Below, in pieces: positions 9,486-19,054 of a stretch of DNA of 32,000 nucleotides. Every line of letters starts with the position of its first letter. Position 1 is the first letter of the stretch. The notes beneath the pieces were generated by a model. That model had not been told where the DNA came from. It saw only the letters and a program-made list of their open reading frames with translations, and searched no databases. Source of the stretch: Telmatocola sphagniphila (GTDB lineage: Bacteria; Planctomycetota; Planctomycetia; Gemmatales; Gemmataceae); NCBI RefSeq assembly GCF_018398935.1, contig NZ_CP074694.1, forward strand, positions 2,970,001 through 3,002,000. The letters run 5' to 3'. The translations under genes were made by a program, and so were the position numbers.

Positions 9486-11695
9486 TTGAGCTCATTCAGA
9501 GTGTAGTAGGCGTCTTCGTGAACCAGGGAATCGCCTTTTTCGGATTTGATATCCTTCAGATGAAAGTCATAAAGCCGGCCTTTTTTCAGATTGGGTACGC
9601 TAATGCGAACGCTCTTCCGATCCTCCGCCACCTTGACCGATTCGACCTTCTCGGCTCGCGTATCCATTTCATCGCAGCCATACGCCGAGTGATATTCGTA
9701 CGTAAAGGATTTCACACTGAAGTTTTCCGGTTTGGAAGCCGTTGCGGCATCCAGTGGTTTGGTGAAGGTGAATTCAAACCCTTCTTTGAGCAAATGAAGT
9801 TCGTGGATTTCGAATGGCAGAACACCTGTATATATCAATCGCTGGAGTCCATAGGGTTTACCGCCGACCGACCCCCAACCGCGATTGGTCTGACCGGCAA
9901 AAATGCTGCCATCTGAGGCAAATGCGAGACGATTCACGCCGCACTGGAAACCGCTGCGGAACGGATAGCAAGCTCCCTGATAGTTACCATTCACTTTTTC
10001 AAGAGTCACTCGCATAATTGTCGACTTGGTTTGATCTCCAACAAAAATCTGTCCCGTGAAAGGGCCGAATTTTCCGCCCGTCGTATCCCAGATCGGTTCG
10101 GTGACGGACTGCCCCATACGACCGTATGGAAACCAGACGCAGGGAGGCGTCAGATTCGGGAAACCCGAAGGAGCGTTGGCCGCTTTGCCCTTCTGACCAT
10201 CGTAGAGCATACCACTGGGAACTTTGTCCGAGGCATTCTTGATAAACTGAGAATCCTTCAACCAGACCAGACTTGCCTGATGGCCGTAAAATTCCCCCTT
10301 CTTCAAGTGGTGCAACTTATTGGTCGCCACCCATTCGCCCTGATTATCGGTGTAGAACAGTTCCCCTTCGGGGCTGAAGTTCACGCCGTTGGGTGAACGT
10401 AGGCCGTAAGCGTAGGGTTCCATATCGCCACTGGGCGAGACCTTCACCGCCCAGCCGCGCCAGGGAGATTTCGCCTGGTGGCCGCCGCCAAATCCAACGT
10501 TGAGCGTGATGAAGAAATTGCCGTCTTTATCGCGAGCTGGCCCGAAGACAAACTCGTGATAATCGCCCGAGCAGCCCCACTTATCGCAGATGGTCACAAA
10601 CTCATCTGCGACGCCGGTTCCACTATGGTCGATCAATTTGGTCAATTCGGGTCGCTGGCAGACATAGACGACGGAATTACTTTCCACATGGAGTCCGAGC
10701 GATTCGTGCAACCCGGTCGCAAATCGCGTCATCTTCAATTTGCTCTGGTCTTCTTCGAGAGGATTGTGAATCAACCACACTTCGCCTCGACGCGTGCAGG
10801 CCAGAAGTTTTCCATCCGGCCGGAAGCCGAGCCCACCGACTTCGAGGACGCAATCGGCCGGTTGCTGGATGGTGACCATGCGATAATGCTGGGCTTCTGC
10901 GGAAGCGGCCGAGAAATTTGCGGAGGAGGAAGCACCGAAAGCCGCCGCGAGGCGATTCTTGATCTCGCCGGGCGCGGATTTTGGCAGTTCCGGATTCACG
11001 TAAACGGCGAAATCCCCGGCGGCATTCCCCACTTTGAGCAGGAGTTGATTTTTCCCGGGCTTTAAGGCGAGTTCGACCTCATCCTGATCCGGTTGGCAAG
11101 GTCGCACATAGTCGCCGTGGAGAAGTCGCTTGCCATTCACCCACACCGAAAGAGAGTCGTCGCTACCTAGCTTCAGGGGGATCAACTCAGGATCTTTCCC
11201 TTTGAGTTCAATCTCCTGGTAGAGGTAGACAACTGTATCATCGCTATCGGGAATCAGTTTTTTCAGATCATAGACGGTTCCCAGAGGAAACTTGGAGAGT
11301 TCCTTCCACTGGATTGTCCCCTTCTTCCCTGCGTACTTTTTCGTGAGATCGATTTCCTTCTCGGGAGGATATTCTTTTTCAAATCCCTGGTTCTCGGTGT
11401 TATCGAACGGCCCGATCCAGTACCACTTGCCTTCCAGATCGGGCAGACCATTGGCTTTTAAGGTTGCCCGAATCGTCTCCTGACGGCTTGATTTGGGAAT
11501 GTATTTCCATTTTTCCTGCGAGTAAAGATTTCCGCTGAAAATCAGGAATGCGAAGGGTATTAAAAGGGAACGAAGCACGGGATGGGATCCTTCTGTAAAA
11601 CAACCAGGTTGAATGGGTAGGCTGGAAGTTACTCTTTTGCCGCTATTGGACACCACTATCGGCATAATCGCGAAAACCGGCGGGCTGATCAACAA
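9482..11695 (-). CDS. Secreted multidomain protein: N-terminal beta-sandwich, then a glucose/sorbosone-dehydrogenase-like beta-propeller, then a C-terminal beta-sandwich
   Basis: 737-aa ORF. The propeller-like region has [39 protein letters not shown] and [17 protein letters not shown]. The start is uncertain: an internal GTG at 11578 gives a canonical signal peptide (M)[20 protein letters not shown] with AGGA upstream, and an ATG at 11665 is also possible. Confidence 0.7.
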   Translation of the reverse strand: MLISPPVFAIMPIVVSNSGKRVTSSLPIQPGCFTEGSHPVLRSLLIPFAFLIFSGNLYSQEKWKYIPKSSRQETIRATLKANGLPDLEGKWYWIGPFDNTENQGFEKEYPPEKEIDLTKKYAGKKGTIQWKELSKFPLGTVYDLKKLIPDSDDTVVYLYQEIELKGKDPELIPLKLGSDDSLSVWVNGKRLLHGDYVRPCQPDQDEVELALKPGKNQLLLKVGNAAGDFAVYVNPELPKSAPGEIKNRLAAAFGASSSANFSAASAEAQHYRMVTIQQPADCVLEVGGLGFRPDGKLLACTRRGEVWLIHNPLEEDQSKLKMTRFATGLHESLGLHVESNSVVYVCQRPELTKLIDHSGTGVADEFVTICDKWGCSGDYHEFVFGPARDKDGNFFITLNVGFGGGHQAKSPWRGWAVKVSPSGDMEPYAYGLRSPNGVNFSPEGELFYTDNQGEWVATNKLHHLKKGEFYGHQASLVWLKDSQFIKNASDKVPSGMLYDGQKGKAANAPSGFPNLTPPCVWFPYGRMGQSVTEPIWDTTGGKFGPFTGQIFVGDQTKSTIMRVTLEKVNGNYQGACYPFRSGFQCGVNRLAFASDGSIFAGQTNRGWGSVGGKPYGLQRLIYTGVLPFEIHELHLLKEGFEFTFTKPLDAATASKPENFSVKSFTYEYHSAYGCDEMDTRAEKVESVKVAEDRKSVRISVPNLKKGRLYDFHLKDIKSEKGDSLVHEDAYYTLNELK

Positions 11696-11807
11696 ATATT
11701 ATTCTAGTCACGAGAATATCCGACAACGAGGGGAATTCGCAAGTGGCGATGATTTCCGAATAACATAGTCTATTCAATGGGTTTTTTGCAAATTTGAGGG
11801 TTCAGCG

Positions 11808-13643
11808 GTGTCAGTGATCGTTCAGAAATTTGGGGGTTCGAGTGTAGCGACCGCGGAACGCATTAAAGCGGCCGCCCGACGAGCGGTACGAGCCAAACAG
11901 GCCGGGGACCAGGTAGTCATGGTCGTTTCCGCTCGGGGAGACACCACCGACGATCTCATCGCGCTGGCTCAAGAGATTACTGAACAACCACCCGCCCGGG
12001 AAATGGACATGCTCCTTTCCACCGGAGAGCAAATCTCCGTGGCCCTGATGGCCATGGCTATCCACGAAATGGGCGAACCGGCTATCAGCTTCACGGGCGT
12101 GCAGATCGGTATCCGAACTGACAGCACGCACACCAAAGCTCGCATCCGCGAGATTTCGACCGAACGTATCCGCGAGGCACTCCGCGAAGGCAAAATCGCC
12201 ATAGTGGCCGGTTTTCAGGGAGTGGACGAAAAATACGATATTACCACGTTGGGTCGGGGTGGATCCGATACGACCGCCGTGGCCTTGGCCGCCGTTTTGA
12301 AGCACGATGCCACGGCCAAGGAAGAAGAACGTCGGGTGGAATGCGAGATATACACAGACGTCGATGGCGTATACACGACCGATCCTCGTCTCGTTCCTGA
12401 AGCTCGCAAGATGGATGCAATCAGTTACGACGAAATGCTGGAACTCGCCAGCATGGGCGCGGGGGTGATGCATAGCCGAAGCATCGAATTTGCCAAGAAA
12501 TACGACGTCCCGCTCATGGTACGCAGTTCTTTCAGCGATGCCGAAGGTACCTGGATCGTTCCCGAGACGGAGTGGATGAAGCAGGTGGTTGTGTGCGGAG
12601 TAGCCATCGCCAAGGATGAAACCCGAATATTGATTGACGGTGTACCGGATAAACCTGGGGTCAGCCACCGACTCTTCTCGCTGATCGCTTCCCAGAGCAT
12701 CGCGGTCGATATGATCGGCCAGAGTTTTGGAAGTGGCGGCAAAGCCTCGATAGGCTTCACGGTCCTGCGGAACGATTTGAATCTCACACTGGCCACCTTG
12801 AAACCACTGGTCGACGAACTTGGGGCCGTGATTCGCACGGTGGAAGACGTCAGTAAAGTTTCTATTGTCGGCACGGGCATGCGAACTCACACCGGCGTTG
12901 CGGAGAAGATGTTTGCCGCTTTGGCCGCCGAAAATGTGAACATGAAAATGATCACAACTGGCGACATCAAAATTTCGGTACTCGTGGAGAAAGCCGATGG
13001 AGCAAAAGCACTGAAAGCCGTGCACAGCGCGTTCAATTTGCAGAGCCCCCGGCCGGGTGCCGGCGTCAATGGCGAGCAGATTCTAGAGGAATTCAAATCC
13101 CGCCCGGATCATCGCATTGGAGATGCGGTTCGGGATCTCGCCCAGGCTACCTCCCGATTGGCCGGGATGGAAGACATCGTCATCAGTGGCGTTTCGCTGG
13201 ATGATGAGTACGGCCGAATCACCATTTCCGGGCTGCCCGATAAGCCGGGCAACTGCTCACGGGTGTTTCAAGCGGTTGCAGCGGCCGGCATCAGCGTCGA
13301 AACGATCGTGCAAAACCTGACCGCAGTCGATCAGGCGGAAATTTCCTTTACGGTTCCCAAGAGTGATTTACGGCGGGCTTTGATTCGAACCCAGGATGTC
13401 GTTCGAGCAATCGATCCGAAGATCAGCGTGGCGGGTGACTCCGATATCGCCGTACTCTTCGTATTCGGCGTCGGTATGCGAACGCACACGGGAGTCGCCC
13501 GCACGATGTTCGGTGCCCTTGCTCAAAAGGGAATCAATATCAGCTTGATTACAACGAGCGAAGTGTGCGTCAGTGTGATGGTCGAATTAGCACGCGGGAA
13601 GGAAGCTTTGCAGTGCTTGAAAGAAGCTTTTCAAATCCCCTGA
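11808..13643 (+). CDS. lysC: Aspartate kinase, long form with four ACT domains
   Basis: GTG start with GAGGG 8 nt upstream. N-terminal kinase motifs VQKFGGSSV, VVVSARGDTTD, LGRGGSDTTA, EIYTDVDGVYTTDPR. The C-terminus has two tandem ACT pairs, with an obvious internal repeat (VGTGMRTHTGVAEKMFAALA vs FGVGMRTHTGVARTMFGALA). Confidence 0.93.
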   Translation: MSVIVQKFGGSSVATAERIKAAARRAVRAKQAGDQVVMVVSARGDTTDDLIALAQEITEQPPAREMDMLLSTGEQISVALMAMAIHEMGEPAISFTGVQIGIRTDSTHTKARIREISTERIREALREGKIAIVAGFQGVDEKYDITTLGRGGSDTTAVALAAVLKHDATAKEEERRVECEIYTDVDGVYTTDPRLVPEARKMDAISYDEMLELASMGAGVMHSRSIEFAKKYDVPLMVRSSFSDAEGTWIVPETEWMKQVVVCGVAIAKDETRILIDGVPDKPGVSHRLFSLIASQSIAVDMIGQSFGSGGKASIGFTVLRNDLNLTLATLKPLVDELGAVIRTVEDVSKVSIVGTGMRTHTGVAEKMFAALAAENVNMKMITTGDIKISVLVEKADGAKALKAVHSAFNLQSPRPGAGVNGEQILEEFKSRPDHRIGDAVRDLAQATSRLAGMEDIVISGVSLDDEYGRITISGLPDKPGNCSRVFQAVAAAGISVETIVQNLTAVDQAEISFTVPKSDLRRALIRTQDVVRAIDPKISVAGDSDIAVLFVFGVGMRTHTGVARTMFGALAQKGINISLITTSEVCVSVMVELARGKEALQCLKEAFQIP

Positions 13644-13648
13644 AAGGG

Positions 13649-14350
13649 TTACTTTTCTTCAAATTTCAGGCCTTCAAATTTCACCGTGAAGGCCTCGCTC
13701 CCTGTATTAGCCGCTGTGACCCCGACTTGAAGTTCCCCGGAAAACTCCACAACCGGGCGATCGATAGCTACCCATTCGGTATCGTTATCGGGGTCTTTAT
13801 ACTCCATGGTGATTTTCTTCCCGATTCGCTTGATCTGGAACAAGGTGACACTGTCGGCAACCATCGCTCTTCGACCGGGAGTCGTTCGTCCCTCCTGATA
13901 GGCCGTGACGCGAATGCTCGGCTTTATCGAGTTGGAACTCATAAAGCGATCCAGTCGCAGGAAGTTTTTTTCATCTTTCCAGATCAGTAGCCCGGCAGAG
14001 AAACCCGATTGAATGCGAGTTCCCCCTTCAGTACTCGTCTCTTCTTTCGGAGCACTGAATTCCTGAACTTTCACCTGAAGCTTAAAATCCCCATGGGCCG
14101 ATTGCAGTACCCGAGGAGCATTGGTGCGCGTTGAATTATATCTGAAACTGAAATCATGATTTTTGGCGGGAATAACGAGGGCAAGTATTCCCTTCTCTTC
14201 GGTGCAGCGGCAATCTTTATCTGGATCGACGAAAATACCCCATCCGCGAATGAGATTCGCGTTCGGTTTAGGAGGAGGGGGATACGCCCAAATCGGCGTA
14301 GCAACGGCGATCAAAAATACAATGGATAATCGACGCATAATTGTCTCCAT
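13649..14350 (-). CDS. Secreted concanavalin-A-like (DUF1349-like) protein
   Basis: Signal peptide MRRLSIVFLIAVATPIWA. DUF1349-type pattern TNAPRVLQSAHGDFKLQVKV and SAGLLIWKDEKNFLRLDR. The family assignment is from recalled motifs only. Confidence 0.6.
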   Translation of the reverse strand: METIMRRLSIVFLIAVATPIWAYPPPPKPNANLIRGWGIFVDPDKDCRCTEEKGILALVIPAKNHDFSFRYNSTRTNAPRVLQSAHGDFKLQVKVQEFSAPKEETSTEGGTRIQSGFSAGLLIWKDEKNFLRLDRFMSSNSIKPSIRVTAYQEGRTTPGRRAMVADSVTLFQIKRIGKKITMEYKDPDNDTEWVAIDRPVVEFSGELQVGVTAANTGSEAFTVKFEGLKFEEK

Positions 14351-14440
14351 TCAGGGCACTTGGGCTTCGCCAAGAAGCCCCGCCAACCGGCGATTGGAGT
14401 CAGCACTAACTCTCTATCCAACTGTCTGCGAAACCACTTG

Positions 14441-15391
14441 TTAGGATTTCAATTTGGAATTCAACAATTCCAGATCCTTCGCCCAATCAAGGAATCTCAA
14501 ATGCCAGGTACCAAAGGGAATTCCCTTTCTGGGGCTGATTGCCCCGCCATGCCCCCCATGGCCGTAGATGTGCAACTCCACGGGAATATTTGCTTTGAAT
14601 AATGCATCGTAAAACTCCACCGTTTGGCGGGCATGGAAAGCATCGTCGAGGCCGGCACTCGTCAAAAAAGTGGGAGGTGCATTCTTGGGAACCTTCGTCA
14701 TATCCATCTTCAGCCATCCCGCATAAATGAGCACCGAAAAATCAGGACGACAACTCTCGCGCTCCACAGGATCGGCCGCCTGAGGATTCCCGGCATCGAA
14801 CCGTAAGGTCACCCAGGCCGCCTGTTCGCCGCCCGCGGAAAACCCCATCACGCCGACGCGCTTCGGGTCGACCCCCCATTCTTTCGCACGGGATCGCACC
14901 ATACGAATGGACTGTTGCGTATCCGCCAGGGCATCCTTGGTGGAATCGTAAGGCCGCAGCCGATACCGTTCGATAAAAGCATGAATTCCCTGGCTGTTGA
15001 GCCAATCGGCAATATCGACTCCTTCATTTCCGACGTTACAAGTTTTGTTCCCACCGCCCGCGATCACTATCACGGCCGTGCCGTTCGCTTTATCAGCGGG
15101 AGCCAGATGAACTTCTATCGATGGATTGTGGATATTCTCCACCGAGTTCACTCGATTGGGATTATTCTTGGGGGTATTGAACTGTTCCGGCTTATCGTAA
15201 CCCGCCAGCGGTTTCAGCTGAGGCGACCCTTATGGCCAGAGCGTGACAACCTTCGCCCCGGGAACCAACGGTTTGGGCTCCGGGAAGTTGAGTGGCGGAT
15301 CCTCGGCAAGAAGAGATTGCGTCCAATAGGGCGACCAAAAGCTCAAAACGGCGATCAAGATTCTGGTGTCAAGCAGTCGGGGATACTTCAT
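14441..15391 (-). pseudogene. Secreted alpha/beta-hydrolase (esterase) interrupted by a single in-frame TAA
   Basis: ATG at 15391 gives MKYPRLLDTRILIAVLSFWSPYWTQSLLAEDPP...VVTLWP, then TAA (plus-strand TTA at 15230-15232). The same frame continues GSPQLKPLAGYDKPEQF...VNSVENIH into the 14441-15151 ORF. That ORF carries the oxyanion VIVIAGGG, the nucleophile elbow GFSAGG and a C-terminal HGGHG. Confidence 0.7.
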
Positions 15392-15588
15392 GAGATGTTC
15401 CAAATAAAGTAGCGGAGAGTTTCAACTATTCTGGCGTGCGGACGATCTTCTCCCTTTCATTCTAATTGAAATTGTTTGAAATCAGAAAAGTCAAAATCGC
15501 GTTTTTTTTCCCGGAGAGACTACAGCCCGAGAATTATCCGGTATTCCGATTGGGAGAGCGGACTCAATGAGTCGGCGATTCTTTATTT

Positions 15589-16317
15589 TTATCCGAGAAA
15601 AGCTTTCAAAAAAGAGCCGGCAACCGAAGCGACATTCTTGGCGGTTTTCCAGTCAAACTCACTCTTCTTCTCCTCGGCTTGTGGAGATGGCGGATAGCCG
15701 GGGAAGCTAAAATTCATTGGTGGGAAAGCGGCGGGATTGTAGCTCGGCAGAAACGGAGTCCCAACGGGAGAGAGTGTCGGAGCCGAAGTCGTGGGCAGTG
15801 GCGGATAGGGTTTCGCATTGGCTCGAATCGGCAAACTCGGCTTCCACTCCGGCTCCGCAGGAAGTGCATTCTTAGTCCAGGCGGCCAGGAGATCGGTCGC
15901 TTCCTCCGCGACGATCCCCATGCAAACCAGTAGTTGTTTTCTGGCAAGATCCACTGGAAATCCCGCGCCGCAGGGAAATGCCGCTTGAAGTGTAATGCGT
16001 CCCTGATTGTCCAACCCGAACGAAGGGAGACCCCGCGCACTGAACGCACCTTTTAAGAGAGCGCTTGCATCAGTTAGTTTAACGTTCTTAAAAGTCGTCA
16101 GCGCCACCAACCGCCCGGCTGGTGCCGAACGATGAGTCCCCTCTTTCCAGTGAGTCTGGCAGAATGCTTCTATTTCAATCTCATCGACTTTGACGAGATA
16201 ATAGCTCGAACCATCCGAGGCTACGAGCTTCTGAATGGGGACTTGCTCAGGAGTATAACTCCAACCCTGGGCCGGGTCGAAGATATCATGAAGGATTGTA
16301 CTCGGAAGAATATCCAT
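15589..16317 (-). CDS. Hypothetical protein (globular N-domain, Pro-rich linker, short amphipathic C-terminus)
   Basis: 242-aa ORF with ATG start. The N-terminal ~150 aa are non-repetitive, followed by PAEPEWKPSLPIRANAKPYPPLPTTSAPTLSPVGTPFLPSYNPAAFPPMNFSFPGYPPSP and a terminal SEFDWKTAKNVASVAGSFLKAFLG. I recognise no family with confidence. Confidence 0.55.
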   Translation of the reverse strand: MDILPSTILHDIFDPAQGWSYTPEQVPIQKLVASDGSSYYLVKVDEIEIEAFCQTHWKEGTHRSAPAGRLVALTTFKNVKLTDASALLKGAFSARGLPSFGLDNQGRITLQAAFPCGAGFPVDLARKQLLVCMGIVAEEATDLLAAWTKNALPAEPEWKPSLPIRANAKPYPPLPTTSAPTLSPVGTPFLPSYNPAAFPPMNFSFPGYPPSPQAEEKKSEFDWKTAKNVASVAGSFLKAFLG

Positions 16318-16351
16318 CGCTCAACCATCCTGGCGACGAGTGGAAACGGTA

Positions 16352-16372
16352 GGAGGGCAAAAGGTGCCCTCC
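16352..16372 (-). terminator. Stem-loop downstream of the hydrolase gene (weak terminator candidate)
   Basis: Perfect 8-bp stem GGAGGGCA / TGCCCTCC with a 5-nt loop, about 85 nt past the stop at 16455. There is no strong T-tract. Confidence 0.3.
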
Positions 16373-16454
16373 CGACTTTCACTGATCTAGAGAGCACATT
16401 CTCCATTTTCGGTCAAGATCAACCGTAAAATCGCTCTGCAAAAGTGCTAATAGC

Positions 16455-17885
16455 TTAAGGCTGGGTGCGCTTCAGAATCCATTCCCCGATCACATCGAGA
16501 ACTTCCGGGCTGAAGGTTTCCTCAATTTTGGCATACTCGCTCGGAGCCCCTTTTTGGCATTTCTGAAATAGATGGTTCAGCTGCGGAAAGCTTCGGCAAG
16601 TCACGTCGGGATTACCGGAAGCTTTCAATGCTTTTTCGATCTCGGGCAAGTTCTGTTTCGGCGATACCTGCAAATCGCGTTCACCATTGAGAGCCAGGAC
16701 CGGACATTTTACTTTCTGCAAGGTGGGTCGGGGATCGAATTTAATGAAGTATCGAAACCAGGGAGAAACCAGTTTCTTCACCCCTTTCTGGAGCTCCTTT
16801 TTGAAATCTTCGGTAACTTTCTTTCTATCTTCTTCAGAAAGAGCATTGAAAGCCTCATCCACCAGTTTCATGAGGGCCTGTTCATCCTGTCCCGCTTTGA
16901 TCGCCTGAAACAATCGGATATTCAAATCGCGGGTCACTTTTCGAAAATCTGGAGCTTGTCCCATGGCATTAGCTATTAAATCCCCTTGTTCGAGAAGAAT
17001 TTCATCACCCGGCACACCTGGACCGGCAAGCATGATGACGAACGCCACATCGGGATTCTGCGCGGCCACGGATGGACCGATCAGTCCGCCTTCACTGTGC
17101 CCTATCAATCCAATTTTTTTCGGATCGAGTTCGGGCCGGGTCTTCAAATATTCGAAACAGGCTTCGATGTCGGTGACGAAATCGGCGGTCGTTGCTTCAG
17201 AATGTTTACCTGTGGACTTGGCAACACCACGATCATCGCAGCGTAGAACCGCGATCCCTTTTCGAGTCAGAAAATCGGCAATCACGGCAAAGGGTTTATG
17301 CCCCAGAAGAGTTTCGTCCCGATCTTGTGGCCCCGAGCCTGTAATCAAAATTGCGGCGGCGAAGGGGCCCTTCTCGGGTGGCAGAGTGAGTGTTCCGGCC
17401 AGCTTCACGTCCTTGGTCTTCTTATTCTCGATCACCACCTCCACTTCCTTGTAGGGGAAGGGTTTTTTAGGGGTCTGGGGACGCCGGACTTCCAGAATCT
17501 TGTCAACGCGTTTTAAATCCAAAGGGAAATCTTTTCCCGACTGACTGAATTTTCCAGGAATGGATTTCTTGTCGACGCTCATCTTACCCGCGAATCGAAT
17601 CTTAAATTTCACCAGATCGAATTGCACTTCTCCCGCTTCGAATTTGGTCTTTTCCACCTCGAGGTTTTTCGCCCCTTGATCCGGGCTATCCATTTTTGAA
17701 ATCAACTTTCCTTCCTTTTCTTCAACAACGAACACCAGGCGTAACTCCTGCGAGCCGACTCGCAAGGGGCCTTCCCAGATGCCGACGAGATCTTTCGTTT
17801 CAGGGGGTGCATTCCCGACGTTAGTGACAGAGAAAACGAAATGGAACAGAATTGGCGACAGTAAAACGCAGTGCATGATGAGCAC
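16455..17885 (-). CDS. Secreted alpha/beta hydrolase (serine hydrolase, S9/S33-like) with N-terminal beta domain
   Basis: Signal peptide MHCVLLSPILFHFVFSVTNVGNA (ATG at 17876; track start is GTG 17885). Nucleophile elbow LIGHSEGG, acid NGERDLQV, His in PQLNHLF. Confidence 0.85.
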   Translation of the reverse strand: MLIMHCVLLSPILFHFVFSVTNVGNAPPETKDLVGIWEGPLRVGSQELRLVFVVEEKEGKLISKMDSPDQGAKNLEVEKTKFEAGEVQFDLVKFKIRFAGKMSVDKKSIPGKFSQSGKDFPLDLKRVDKILEVRRPQTPKKPFPYKEVEVVIENKKTKDVKLAGTLTLPPEKGPFAAAILITGSGPQDRDETLLGHKPFAVIADFLTRKGIAVLRCDDRGVAKSTGKHSEATTADFVTDIEACFEYLKTRPELDPKKIGLIGHSEGGLIGPSVAAQNPDVAFVIMLAGPGVPGDEILLEQGDLIANAMGQAPDFRKVTRDLNIRLFQAIKAGQDEQALMKLVDEAFNALSEEDRKKVTEDFKKELQKGVKKLVSPWFRYFIKFDPRPTLQKVKCPVLALNGERDLQVSPKQNLPEIEKALKASGNPDVTCRSFPQLNHLFQKCQKGAPSEYAKIEETFSPEVLDVIGEWILKRTQP

Positions 17886-17972
17886 TCATTGGTTTAAGAA
17901 ACTTCGTTAAATGAAGAGTATATTGCGGATTAGCCTAAAGACGAAGATTTCAGAATTGCGATCGAAGTAAGC

Positions 17973-18377
17973 TTATCCCTGGAAAATATAGAGGAAAAGG
18001 GCTCGCAATATCAAAAACCAGACGAAGAAAATGAACGCGCAGCCAGCTCGATAAAGAATTTTGGATTTGTCGGAAGCGTTAGGAGTCCATTGGTCGCGAA
18101 TGAATGAACGCCGGATTTTTTTTGCCCGAAAGAAACTCGAAGCTGCGGTAGATGTCTGCGTGGTGGAGGATACTTCCGTGAGTTGGGAGGAATTCATCAC
18201 CATCTCGCTTTGGGTATCCTGGGTATTGGACGCAGGAGCCAAATGACTGCGAACCACGCCATCCACATCGGAAACGCGAAATTTGACTCGACATTTGGGA
18301 CACGTCAGGATCTTGCCCTTCGGCGAGTGCTCCGAACGGTAAGGAAAGTAGCAGCGGGGGCAAGAAAAGTAAAACAT
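17973..18377 (-). CDS. Zinc-ribbon (MJ0042-type CxxC...CxxC) protein with C-terminal TM anchor
   Basis: N-terminus MFYFSCPRCYFPYRSEHSPKGKILTCPKCRVKFRV, a Ser/Thr-rich middle, and a C-terminal hydrophobic helix AGCAFIFFVWFLILRALFLYIF. Confidence 0.6.
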   Translation of the reverse strand: MFYFSCPRCYFPYRSEHSPKGKILTCPKCRVKFRVSDVDGVVRSHLAPASNTQDTQSEMVMNSSQLTEVSSTTQTSTAASSFFRAKKIRRSFIRDQWTPNASDKSKILYRAGCAFIFFVWFLILRALFLYIFQG

Positions 18378-18495
18378 TTAATCGAGACCCATATCGCGAT
18401 CAAAATTGGGGATAGCGACGATCTATAAATTTCGAAGAATTACTGGAATCCAGAAGAATCTTTACATGGCAAAAATGGATTAACGGCCTAATGCA

Positions 18496-18558
18496 ATCGC
18501 GGCCAGCGCCGCGATCAACTCGCAACCAGGGTCGAGTGCTACTGGAGAGCACCCGACC
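18496..18558 (-). terminator. Two tandem stem-loops just downstream of the DUF2383 gene stop
   Basis: Hairpin 18530-18558: GGTCGAGTGCT / AGCACCCGACC, 11 bp with one mismatch. Hairpin 18496-18515: ATCGCGGC-CAGC-GCCGCGAT, perfect 8 bp. Neither has a clear T-tract. Confidence 0.35.
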
Positions 18559-18568
18559 TTAAAGGACA

Positions 18569-19054
18569 TTATACCCGAGGGATCAAATGATCTAGTTCGA
18601 GAACATGCTTCCGACAGGCCGGCAAGAACTTCGATTGCAGCAGCGTTTTACAAGACTGACTGATTTCCGAATTTTCAATGGCATCCTCGTAGTCGCCGAT
18701 ACCAAGTTCTTCGCCTCGCTTCAAGGCCGCCAGAACCGTTTTTGGTCCGATGACCTTAGCCGTTTCGGTAACCGCGGAAGTAAAACTGCCCCAAGCCCCT
18801 GCACTGTCCTCAGGCTTCCCACCGAACTGCTGGATGCGCTGCTGCAACGAAGTCACCGCCTGACTGTGCTCGGCGCGAATGCGGCTCAATTCCTTCTGAA
18901 TGGCGAGGTCTTCAAACTTACTGATCGCCTGCTCATAAGCGGCCACTGCGGACAATTCCCCGCGCAGCAGCTTATTCATGCGATCCGTGTCACACTTCTG
19001 CTGATCGGTATCAATTGAAGAATCCAGGCCGGATGTCGTGATGTTCGTGGTCAT
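18569..19054 (-). CDS. DUF2383 / PA2169-like ferritin-like four-helix-bundle protein
   Basis: 161 aa, all-helical. LLRGELSAVAAYEQAISKF and GIGDYEDAIEN resemble the paired motifs of this family. The start ATG overlaps the upstream ORF's stop (ATGA at 19051-19054). Confidence 0.7.
   Translation of the reverse strand: MTTNITTSGLDSSIDTDQQKCDTDRMNKLLRGELSAVAAYEQAISKFEDLAIQKELSRIRAEHSQAVTSLQQRIQQFGGKPEDSAGAWGSFTSAVTETAKVIGPKTVLAALKRGEELGIGDYEDAIENSEISQSCKTLLQSKFLPACRKHVLELDHLIPRV

Noticed and set aside
11696-11807. Lysine riboswitch (L-box) upstream of the aspartate kinase gene
   Set aside because: The leader is only about 110 nt and shows none of the conserved L-box helices or motifs I could recognise.
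11811-13025. 404-aa minus-strand ORF
   Set aside because: It is antisense to the aspartate kinase gene, which has unambiguous family motifs. It has no recognisable domains and a His/Arg/Gly-rich shadow composition. The same reasoning applies to 2753-3337(+), 10478-11065(+), 22852-23622(+), 23623-24027(+), 28389-28787(-) and 30628-31167(-).
15230-15232. Programmed recoding (selenocysteine, pyrrolysine or read-through) at the in-frame stop of the esterase
   Set aside because: The codon is TAA, not TGA or TAG. I saw no SECIS-like hairpin immediately downstream, and the expected residue from the family context is an ordinary Glu. A mutation or sequencing error is more parsimonious.
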